A DNA stretch of 64,000 bases from Candidatus Hecatella orcuttiae. GTDB taxonomy: Archaea > Thermoproteota > Bathyarchaeia > Hecatellales > Hecatellaceae. The notes under the pieces were generated by a model, which was not told the DNA's origin, did not search any database, and saw only the letters and a program-made list of their open reading frames with translations. Location: positions 384,001 to 448,000 of the forward strand of contig MTLY02000003.1 of the NCBI GenBank assembly GCA_002011035.2, in the 5' to 3' direction. Position numbers and translations under genes: made by a program. Below are positions 56,436 to 64,000 of the stretch, piece by piece (positions within the stretch are counted from its first letter, which is position 1; each line of letters begins with the position of its first letter).

Positions 56436-57593
56436 ATGAGAATCGTTCAGGTTAGGCAGAAGTTTCCGTTGGACGGTGGTGTGGAGGTTCACGTTTACCA
56501 TCTATGCAAAAAGCTGGTGGAGAGAGGGCATGACGTAACGGTTTTCGCCTCCGACCGGGACCTATTCTGGAGGCGGTCGTACAGCTGCGGCCTTCAACAC
56601 ATAGACGGCATCAAAGTTCGTAGATTCAGAGCTTGGGGAAAAGTCTTCAGAAACCTCCTCATCCCATCCATGTTCCGGGCTCTGATGAATGGGGACTTTG
56701 ACATCGTCCACGCTCACGGGCACTTCTACAACACCACGGAGATGGCGGCCCTCGCCAGCAAACTAAGCGGTAAACCCCTAGTTATCACCCCCCATTTTCA
56801 GCCCTACTGGGCCTACTTGGACAGGAAAGAGCGTCTAGCCCGCATGCTTTACGAGAGGTCCGTGGCACGGCCGGTGTTTCAGGCTGCCAAGAAAATCGTA
56901 GCGGTCTCTCCCTACACGAAAACCTATCTGGTCGAAAACTTCGGTGTCAAAGAGGAAAAAGTCCACGTGGTCCCTAACGGCCTTGACCTTTCAAGATTCA
57001 CGAACCTACCTGATGGCTGGGAGTTTAGGGAAAGATTCGGAATAAGCGGTCTGATGGTGCTGTTTGTGGGGCATCTTTCCCAGAGGAAAGGAGTCCGATA
57101 TCTGGTTCAGGCTATACCTCAGGTGCTGAAATCCATCCCCGACGCTGTGTTCGTCTTCGTCGGAGTTGACCGCGGAGAAAAGAGTCTTCTAGAATCTCTG
57201 ATCAAACAGTTTGGAGTCGACTCGCATGTGGTTTTCACAGGCTACATGCCCGACGAGGAGCTTACCTCAGCTTACGCCGCCGCCGACCTGTTTGTTCTTC
57301 CCTCCCTCTTCGAAGCCTTCGGCATCACTCTTTTGGAGGCCATGGCCTGCGGTTTACCCATCGTGGCGACGAAGGTCGGAGGTATCCCTCACGTCGTCCT
57401 TGACGGGCAGACGGGGCTTCTTGTCGAAGCTGGGGACGCCTCCCAGCTTGCAGACGCTTTGGTCACTCTGCTTTCGGACAGGGCGTTGGCCAAAAAGATG
57501 GGAGAGCTGGGTAGGAAGGTTGCGCAGGAATACGGCTGGAACACTGTTTGTGATAAAATCTTGAAGGTCTATGATAAGGCTCTATCAGCTTAA
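56436..57593 (+). CDS. GT4 family glycosyltransferase
   Basis: GGVE, HAH, VPNG, EAFGITLLEAMACG. Confidence 0.88.
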   Translation: MRIVQVRQKFPLDGGVEVHVYHLCKKLVERGHDVTVFASDRDLFWRRSYSCGLQHIDGIKVRRFRAWGKVFRNLLIPSMFRALMNGDFDIVHAHGHFYNTTEMAALASKLSGKPLVITPHFQPYWAYLDRKERLARMLYERSVARPVFQAAKKIVAVSPYTKTYLVENFGVKEEKVHVVPNGLDLSRFTNLPDGWEFRERFGISGLMVLFVGHLSQRKGVRYLVQAIPQVLKSIPDAVFVFVGVDRGEKSLLESLIKQFGVDSHVVFTGYMPDEELTSAYAAADLFVLPSLFEAFGITLLEAMACGLPIVATKVGGIPHVVLDGQTGLLVEAGDASQLADALVTLLSDRALAKKMGELGRKVAQEYGWNTVCDKILKVYDKALSA

Positions 57594-57624
57594 TCGCCAA
57601 AAAAAGGAGTTCGGTTAGATAGCT

Positions 57625-58170
57625 TTAATGTTCGTGGGGAACCAGTTCCTGCCGCTCTTCCTGCGTTATGAAGTAGATGTGCACGTCGTAATGGGGTTCT
57701 TCGAAACCGGGGTGGCCTTGGGGCAGAAACTCCACTGTTACATGGTCCACGTAGGTTTTCAACTCAGGCAAACCGAGCGCCAAGAAAGTCTCTTCCCCCT
57801 CGGGGCTTGGGATAGTTAGCTCTTGCATCATTTCTTGGGTGAACATGAACTCAACCCCTATGACTTCCTCATCGTGGACAAGGTAGATGGGTCCTAAGGG
57901 TAAGTCTTGAGGCCTAGCCCAATGCTCCCCCATCATAGGTACGAGTTCTGATAACTTCACAGCATCCTCAGGCAGTTTAGGAGCCGCTGTTTTCGCCAGC
58001 AAATCTTCCAGTTGCTGTTGAGCTCTTGCCAGGTCGTCTTGAGCCACATTCAGCTCTGACTGTAAGCCGGTAACTTGCGGTAAAGTAATCAGATACCCAG
58101 CAGCGATGCCGACAATTAGGCCTACGACCAATAAGACTGCTGATATTTTTCCGGTAGTCATTTTTTTCAC
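57625..58170 (-). CDS. Membrane-anchored DUF5602/TTHB210-like protein
   Basis: TM helix, coiled coil, PMMGEHW, GHPGFEEPHYDVHIY. Confidence 0.55.
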   Translation of the reverse strand: MKKMTTGKISAVLLVVGLIVGIAAGYLITLPQVTGLQSELNVAQDDLARAQQQLEDLLAKTAAPKLPEDAVKLSELVPMMGEHWARPQDLPLGPIYLVHDEEVIGVEFMFTQEMMQELTIPSPEGEETFLALGLPELKTYVDHVTVEFLPQGHPGFEEPHYDVHIYFITQEERQELVPHEH

Positions 58171-58351
58171 CGAGTTGCTGCCCTTTGTTGATGTATAAAT
58201 TTATTATAAATCTATTATATATTATATTTAAACTTTTAAAAATGAACCTACAGTCCACTTCCCCGATTATAGCGATTAGGTCTTCCGCCCTCAATCCTAA
58301 TCCCACGATGTCAATAAATAAGTTGCAGAGAGTAGTTTCTTCAAGGTTTGA

Positions 58352-59461
58352 GTGGGTGAAGTTGGAGGCAGCGCGGCCATGACCTATCACGGTGAGCCTT
58401 CAAAGGAGAGAATCCTCGAAGTCTTGGAAAAGGTCCTAGATCCCGAGCTGGGTGTAAGCATTGTCAAGATGAACATGGTCAAGGATGTGAAAATTGAAAA
58501 CGGCTTGGTGGAAATAACCCTCGCTCTCACCGTCTCTGGATGCCCCATGGTGGCCACCATCCGAACCAGCGTGGAAGAAGCCGTGCGGAAGGTGGAGGGA
58601 GTAAAAGCCGTTCGAGTTAACTTTGTGACCATGACCGAGGAGGAACGTAGAAAAGTTCTGCCCCCCGGATTCATCCCCGACCGAAGGCTGAAGCTTTTGA
58701 AACTGCCAAAAGGGGAGATCCGCCGCATGGTAGCCATAGCCTCGGGGAAAGGCGGCGTTGGAAAATCTTCACTCACAGCTCTTTTAGCTGTGGAGCTGAA
58801 AAGAGCAGGCTTGGAGGTAGGCATCCTAGACGGAGACCTCACAGGCCCCAGCATAGCTAAGGTCTTCGGCGTCGCAAGAGCGGAGGTCAATCCTTCGGGC
58901 ATTCGCCCCGCCCTCACCAGGTCTGGGATAAAGATCATTTCCATGAATCTTCTCTTGGGGGACGAGGAATTGCCTGTGATCTGGAGGGGGCCCCTCATCC
59001 ACAATGCCCTCCGCCAGCTCTACACCAACGTCCTGTGGGGAAGCTTGGACTACTTGTTGGTGGACCTTCCCCCGGGCACCAGCGACGCCCCCCTCACCGT
59101 GTTCCAGTCGCTTCCCCTCGACGGTGTGGTGGTGATTACAACCCCCCAAGACCTAGCTAGGATGGTGGTCATGAAGGCTGTCAACATGGCTAGGGGGCTG
59201 AGAGTTCCTCTTCTAGGAGTAGTGGAAAACATGGGCTACCTTCGCTGCCCTAAATGCGGAGAGAAAATCGAACTCTACGGGCCTTCTCACGCCCAAGACT
59301 TCGCCCGCACTGCCGCCGTGCCTTTCCTGGGAGCCCTGCCCTTGGACCCTGAGCTTTCCCTCCTCTGCGACCAAGGCCGAATAGAGGACTACCGAAACCC
59401 CGCCCTCATAGAAATAGTCAAGGCTATGACTTCGAGGATTAACCGGTATGTGGCAGGCTGA
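58352..59461 (+). CDS. Mrp/NBP35 Fe-S cluster carrier ATPase with N-terminal DUF59 domain
   Basis: V.DPELG..IV, GCP, SGKGGVGKS, DLPPGTSD, ENM....CP.CG. Confidence 0.9.
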   Translation: MGEVGGSAAMTYHGEPSKERILEVLEKVLDPELGVSIVKMNMVKDVKIENGLVEITLALTVSGCPMVATIRTSVEEAVRKVEGVKAVRVNFVTMTEEERRKVLPPGFIPDRRLKLLKLPKGEIRRMVAIASGKGGVGKSSLTALLAVELKRAGLEVGILDGDLTGPSIAKVFGVARAEVNPSGIRPALTRSGIKIISMNLLLGDEELPVIWRGPLIHNALRQLYTNVLWGSLDYLLVDLPPGTSDAPLTVFQSLPLDGVVVITTPQDLARMVVMKAVNMARGLRVPLLGVVENMGYLRCPKCGEKIELYGPSHAQDFARTAAVPFLGALPLDPELSLLCDQGRIEDYRNPALIEIVKAMTSRINRYVAG

Positions 59462-59469
59462 ACCTGAGA

Positions 59470-61596
59470 CTAGTGAGGGCAGTTGTCGGTGGGGCATCCG
59501 CCTGCAAACTCCGACTCCACCGTGACAGGTTCTTCAAGGTAAGGTTTCACTTCCAAGGGGCGAAGGCTGAGAACCTGCTCCCTTTTGCTCCCGTAACGGT
59601 AGACGGTGATGCCCTTGCATTTCAGCCTATAGGCCAGCAGAAAGGCTTTTCTCACCTCTTCCACGGAGGCCTCCGCGGGGAGGTTGATGGTTTTGGAGAC
59701 GGCGTTGTCCACGTGCTTCTGGAAGGCGGCCTGCATGCGCACATGCCACTCGGGGTCGATGTCCAAAGCCGTCACAAAAAGCCTCCGCACATCCTCCGGA
59801 ACCTCCCCCAACCCCCTCAAAGAACCTTTCTTGGCTAGGTTCATCATCAGTTCTCGGCTGTAGAATCCTCTGCGACGAGCTGTCTCCTCGAAGAGGCGGT
59901 TCACCTCCAAAAGCTTGGTTCCGCTCATGACGTTGCGGACGTAGGATATGGCGAAGAGAGGTTCGATGCCGCTGGACACCCCGGCGATGATGCTGATGGT
60001 TCCCGTGGGGGCGATGGTGGTGAGGGTGGCGTTGCGGAGGGCTTTAAATCCCCTCCCAGCCCAAAGGCTTCCTTCGAAATTTGGGAAAGAACCTCTCTCC
60101 TCCGCCAACTCCACCGACTTCTGACGGGCTTCTCGGGATATAAAACTCATGAGCCTTTCCCCCAGCCTCAAAGCTTCCTCGGAGTCGTAGGCAACCCCCA
60201 GTCTGATGAGCGCCTCAGCCCAGCCCATGATACCTAAGCCGATTTTCCTGTTGCCCTTGGTTATCTCTTCAATTTGGGGTAGAGGATACTTATTCACGTC
60301 GATGACATCGTCCAAAAATTGTACGGCAAGCCTCACAGTCTCCCTCAGCCTATCCCAGTCGAAGTCACCGTTTTCCACCATCCTGTCCACGTTGATGGAC
60401 CCTAGGTTGCAAGACTCGAAAGGCAGCAAAGGCTGCTCGCCGCAGGGATTGGTGCTTTCAATGGGTCCCAGCTGAGGTGTGGGATTATGCCTGTTGATCT
60501 CGTCGATGAAGACCAAGCCTGGGTCTCCGGTTTTCCAAGCCATGTCTCCCATGAGGTCGAAGACAGCCTTAGCCCTCACCCTTTTCGTTTCTTCCCCGTT
60601 CCGGGGGTTGATGAGGCTGTAGTCTTCATCCTTCTCCACAGCCTCCATGAACCTGTCGTCCACGGCCACGGAGATGTTGAAGTTCTCCAGAAAACCCTCT
60701 CGGCTTTTGGCGGTGATAAACTCCAAGATGTCAGGGTGGCTGACGTGGAGAATGCCCATGTTGGCCCCTCTCCGCCGTCCCCCCTGCTTGATGACATCGG
60801 TGGACACGTCGAAAATCCGCATGAAGGACAGAGGCCCGGAGGCTATCCCCATGGTGGACTGAACCACGTCGCCCGCAGGCCTCAGCTTGGAAAAGGAGAA
60901 ACCTGTGCCTCCCCCTGACTTGTGGATTAACGCCATGTACTTGACAGCGTTGAAGATGCCCTCCATGGAGTCTTCCACGGGGATGACGAAGCATGCTGAA
61001 AGCTGACCCACCTCTGTGCCGGCGTTCATCAGCGTGGGAGAGTTGGGGAGAAACTCCAACCCCGCCATCATCTTGTAGAAGCTGTTCTCAAGCTTCTCCA
61101 TTTCTTCAGCGGTTTTTTTGTAGCCTAGCTCCGCGGAGGCTATGGCCTTGGCCACTCTTCTGAACATCTGACTGGGGGTTTCAGCCACGTTTCCTCTCCT
61201 GTCTTTGAGAAGATACCTCCTTCTCAAGACAGCGACAGCGTTGACGCTGAGCTTCAAATCGTCGGTGACGCCCAGAAACTTCTTGCTCTCCCTAACCTCC
61301 GCTCTCTTCTGCCGGTATAGAATGTAGGCTTTAGCCACCTCGGTCAAGCCTTCTTTCATCAGAGCTGACTCCACCAAGTCTTGGATGTCCTCCACGGAGG
61401 GTATGTGTCCCTCGTCGAAGCGGGATTCCGCATCGGTTAAAACTCGCTGTGTTATCCTTTCCACAGCAGCCTCGTCGCCTTTGCCCGTGGCGGCCATGGC
61501 CCTGTAAATGGCGCGGGTTATCTTGGCCGGGTTAAAGTCTTCCAAACGGCCGTCCCTTTTCCGGATGAACCTCACCTTCATGAAAAACAACCTCAA
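59470..61596 (-). CDS. nrdJ: Adenosylcobalamin-dependent (class II) ribonucleotide reductase with ATP cone
   Basis: KRDGR ATP cone, PNSPTLMNAG, SACF, TNPCGEQ, APTGTIS, KGITVYR; no intein. Confidence 0.92.
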   Translation of the reverse strand: MRLFFMKVRFIRKRDGRLEDFNPAKITRAIYRAMAATGKGDEAAVERITQRVLTDAESRFDEGHIPSVEDIQDLVESALMKEGLTEVAKAYILYRQKRAEVRESKKFLGVTDDLKLSVNAVAVLRRRYLLKDRRGNVAETPSQMFRRVAKAIASAELGYKKTAEEMEKLENSFYKMMAGLEFLPNSPTLMNAGTEVGQLSACFVIPVEDSMEGIFNAVKYMALIHKSGGGTGFSFSKLRPAGDVVQSTMGIASGPLSFMRIFDVSTDVIKQGGRRRGANMGILHVSHPDILEFITAKSREGFLENFNISVAVDDRFMEAVEKDEDYSLINPRNGEETKRVRAKAVFDLMGDMAWKTGDPGLVFIDEINRHNPTPQLGPIESTNPCGEQPLLPFESCNLGSINVDRMVENGDFDWDRLRETVRLAVQFLDDVIDVNKYPLPQIEEITKGNRKIGLGIMGWAEALIRLGVAYDSEEALRLGERLMSFISREARQKSVELAEERGSFPNFEGSLWAGRGFKALRNATLTTIAPTGTISIIAGVSSGIEPLFAISYVRNVMSGTKLLEVNRLFEETARRRGFYSRELMMNLAKKGSLRGLGEVPEDVRRLFVTALDIDPEWHVRMQAAFQKHVDNAVSKTINLPAEASVEEVRKAFLLAYRLKCKGITVYRYGSKREQVLSLRPLEVKPYLEEPVTVESEFAGGCPTDNCPH

Positions 61597-61730
61597 GGAG
61601 GCTTAACTTTGGGGCTCTCCCCCTATAGTTAAATTTGCACTGGTGATTGAAAAACTTGGGGAATGTTTTCAACAAAGCATAAATGGGCTGCTAACTTAAT
61701 CAACATAAGTTTTGGAAGAGGGATCTTTCG

Positions 61731-62198
61731 ATGGAAAACCTTCTAGGAAAACTCCGGAAACAGGAAGAGTTTGAAAGGGTTAACGCTGAATTCCTAAGCC
61801 AAACGGTGGCGAAGATGAAAAACATCGTGGTCAAACTGCTTTTACATGGAATAGCCTTAGACTCCTTGAAGCATTCTGACATCCTAAACGCCCTCATCGG
61901 CTTGTTTTCAGAGCCTACGGCTCTCTCCGATGATGAGAGGAACATGCTGGAGGAGAATCTTCAGAAGCACATCGAATTTGAGGAGAAAATGCTTAACGAA
62001 TACGCGGAAATCGTCGAGGAAACCGAAAACAAGGAGGTAAAGTTTCTGCTGGAGTACATTCTATCCGACGAAAAGAGACACCACCAGACAATAAAGGAGA
62101 TCATGGAGCAGATCGTAAACAGGGAAACCATCACAGAGGAAGATTGGTGGGAGATACTGTACAAGGACGCCGTATCCCACGGAGCTCCCTCAGGCTGA
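61731..62198 (+). CDS. Ferritin/rubrerythrin-like di-iron protein
   Basis: IA.DS.KH, HIEFE, DEKRHH. Confidence 0.75.
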   Translation: MENLLGKLRKQEEFERVNAEFLSQTVAKMKNIVVKLLLHGIALDSLKHSDILNALIGLFSEPTALSDDERNMLEENLQKHIEFEEKMLNEYAEIVEETENKEVKFLLEYILSDEKRHHQTIKEIMEQIVNRETITEEDWWEILYKDAVSHGAPSG

Positions 62199-62228
62199 CC
62201 TCAGCTTTCTGCCAGGCTGGGAGACCGG

Positions 62229-63203
62229 TTGCACCTAGACTTAGGTATCACTACAGGTAACCCCGTGGAAAGAGGAAGCTGGCTTTTCTCTCTAGCGGAA
62301 AAAAAGAAACTTCACGGAATCTGGATAGGGGAAGACATCGACAGGCTTAACGACATCTTCACCGTGACCAGCCTCCCGCTGCTGGAAACCACCACCCCCC
62401 TAGTGGGGATAGGAATCACGAGCCCCCTCATTCGAAACCTTTCCACCCTCGCCCGAGCCGCCCTTGCTCTCCATGAACTGTCTCCCCACAGGTTCAGACT
62501 CGGCTTGGGCATCGGAGGCCTTCGTGACTTGGAGAAAAAAGGCATCCCCCTCTCCAACCCAACCCAAATCTTACGGGAGGCAGTAAGCTTGCTGAGGAGG
62601 ATGTGGTCAAAGGAAAAGGTTACCTCTCGAGGGCTGTTTCCGCTCAACGGCTACGAAGTCGGAGGCCGTGCGGAGATTCCCATATTTTTCGGAGTTAGAG
62701 GGCCTCGGCTGCTGAAGCTGGCAGGCGAGCTGGCTGACGGTGTCATCCTCAGCGGCCCCAAGTCCTATGTTAAAACAGCCGTGAGCTTGGTTAAGGAGGG
62801 ACTGGAGAAAAGACCTCAGCTTCCCAAGGTCTTCACCATCGTAGTTTGGATGCCCACTCTGCTGATTTTGAGGGAGGAAGATCTAGCCTTGGCCAGAGAG
62901 ACTGTGGCTGTGGTTTCCGCCGACGTTCCGGAAAAAGTTTTGGAGATGTCGGAGATAGACCGGGAGCTGGTGAAAACTGTGCGGAAAGCCGTCTTGAAAG
63001 ATGGCGTTCAACAAGCCGCCGGGCTGGTGACCGAGGAACTTTTAAAAGAATTCTCCGTCTCCGGAAGCGCCAGCGAAGTCTGCGGGGAACTTCGCTCCTT
63101 TAGGGAAAACGGTGTGGACGAGGTTGTCTTCGGGCCTCCCTATGGAAGAGACTGGAAAGCCTCCGTCACAGCCCTTGTGGATGCTTGGGGGAGCCTTCTG
63201 TGA
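62229..63203 (+). CDS. LLM-class (Mer-like) flavin/F420-dependent oxidoreductase
   Basis: IWIGED, GITSP..R, RF.LGLG.G, GPRLLKLAGELADGVI, FGPP. Confidence 0.8.
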   Translation: MHLDLGITTGNPVERGSWLFSLAEKKKLHGIWIGEDIDRLNDIFTVTSLPLLETTTPLVGIGITSPLIRNLSTLARAALALHELSPHRFRLGLGIGGLRDLEKKGIPLSNPTQILREAVSLLRRMWSKEKVTSRGLFPLNGYEVGGRAEIPIFFGVRGPRLLKLAGELADGVILSGPKSYVKTAVSLVKEGLEKRPQLPKVFTIVVWMPTLLILREEDLALARETVAVVSADVPEKVLEMSEIDRELVKTVRKAVLKDGVQQAAGLVTEELLKEFSVSGSASEVCGELRSFRENGVDEVVFGPPYGRDWKASVTALVDAWGSLL

Positions 63204-64000
63204 AGTACTGCCTTAACATCAACGCCAACATCCCCCTCAGCGAAGTTGTGAAGAAAGCCAAGGAAGCGGAGCGTTTGGGCTTCGAATGCCTCTGGATATG
63301 CGACGGTGTCACCCAGCGTTTCGGGCCTGTGGCAGCCTCGGCTGTAGCCTTCCACACAGGCAGCGTAACCGTCGGCTTGGGGCTCACGCCCTTCATTCAT
63401 TCTCCCCGCCAAATAGCCGCCGCTCTTCTCACCCTGATCCGACGTTACGGAGAACGCTTTGAACTCAGCTTGATTCCTGGGGACAAAAAGCTTCTCAGCC
63501 AGGTGGGCGTTCAATTGGCGGGGGTGAAGGCGGTTCCCCAGCGTATCTTGGAGGCTAAGGCTGAGGTGGAAAAGATCCTCCGCGAAAAGAAAGTTCACTG
63601 TTCAATTTGGGTTGGAGCTCAAGGTCCAAAGATGTTGAAGGCAGCCGCCTTGTTCGACGGAGTTCAGCTGAACTTCGCCTCCCCACGGATGATAAGATGG
63701 GGTCTTGAACAGCTCAGAGAAGCGGGAATGAGAAAGGAGTTTAAAGTGGGGGTTTTCGCCCCCGCCTACGTTTTCGAAGACTTTGAAGAAAAACTCTACA
63801 AGCGCATGGAGAAAGCTGCCTCCTTAGTCGCCTTAGGGGCCTCCAAGGCTCTCATGGAGAGGTTTGGGTTTTACGAGAGAATGCGGCTGCTGCAGGCTCA
63901 AAACCAAGGCCCAGAGGCCCTCAACGTTCCCTCCGATATACTGGAAGAGTTCTCCATATCCATGCCTTCCCAGCGGCTCGGTGACTACATCGCCCAGCTC
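63200..64000 (+). CDS. Second LLM-class oxidoreductase, truncated by the window end (absent from the ORF track)
   Basis: From GTG 63200: MKYCLNINAN...AERLGFECLWICDG...WVGAQGPKMLKAAALFDGVQLN; overlaps the previous stop (GTGA). Confidence 0.75.
   Translation, partial: MKYCLNINANIPLSEVVKKAKEAERLGFECLWICDGVTQRFGPVAASAVAFHTGSVTVGLGLTPFIHSPRQIAAALLTLIRRYGERFELSLIPGDKKLLSQVGVQLAGVKAVPQRILEAKAEVEKILREKKVHCSIWVGAQGPKMLKAAALFDGVQLNFASPRMIRWGLEQLREAGMRKEFKVGVFAPAYVFEDFEEKLYKRMEKAASLVALGASKALMERFGFYERMRLLQAQNQGPEALNVPSDILEEFSISMPSQRLGDYIAQL

Noticed and set aside
59470-61596. Intein in the ribonucleotide reductase
   Set aside because: Length and continuous motifs (NPCGEQ intact) leave no room for an insertion.
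1-64000. CRISPR array, IS element or provirus
   Set aside because: No regularly spaced repeats, transposase, cas or viral structural genes were recognised.

Overview
Archaeal chromosome window from a TACK-superphylum organism. Bathyarchaeia is my inference from gene content (rpo4, eL21/eL31/eL39/eS19, TFE-beta, CdvA, Nep1, methylamine methyltransferases, AOR); no database was searched. 1-16 kb holds core translation, transcription and RNA-modification genes plus acetyl-CoA synthetase. 16.0-31.6 kb is a mostly AT-richer accessory island between two intron-containing tRNAs whose 3' ends face inward: tRNA-Gly(GCC) with a canonical 37/38 intron, and tRNA-Thr(GGT) with an unusual intron at 8/9 plus a leader that duplicates the acceptor strand. 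The island encodes a PotABCD-type transporter, a pyrrolysine-free MtmB homologue, a class-III aminotransferase, an MtbB interrupted by an in-frame TAG at the pyrrolysine position, a corrinoid protein, AOR plus ferredoxin and three regulators. Together these suggest a catabolic module for N-methylated (poly)amines. No pyl genes are visible, and TAG is a common stop codon in the host core genes. 31.8-64 kb holds UPF0182, purC/purP/purP/mgtE between two Lrp-like paralogues, TFB, a candidate division operon (Cren7-like zinc ribbon with an amphipathic tail, CdvA, FtsX-like permease, ABC ATPase), IscS, LeuRS, AlaRS, proteasome beta, a class II ribonucleotide reductase and two LLM oxidoreductases. 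Family calls rest on recognised motifs, not database searches.
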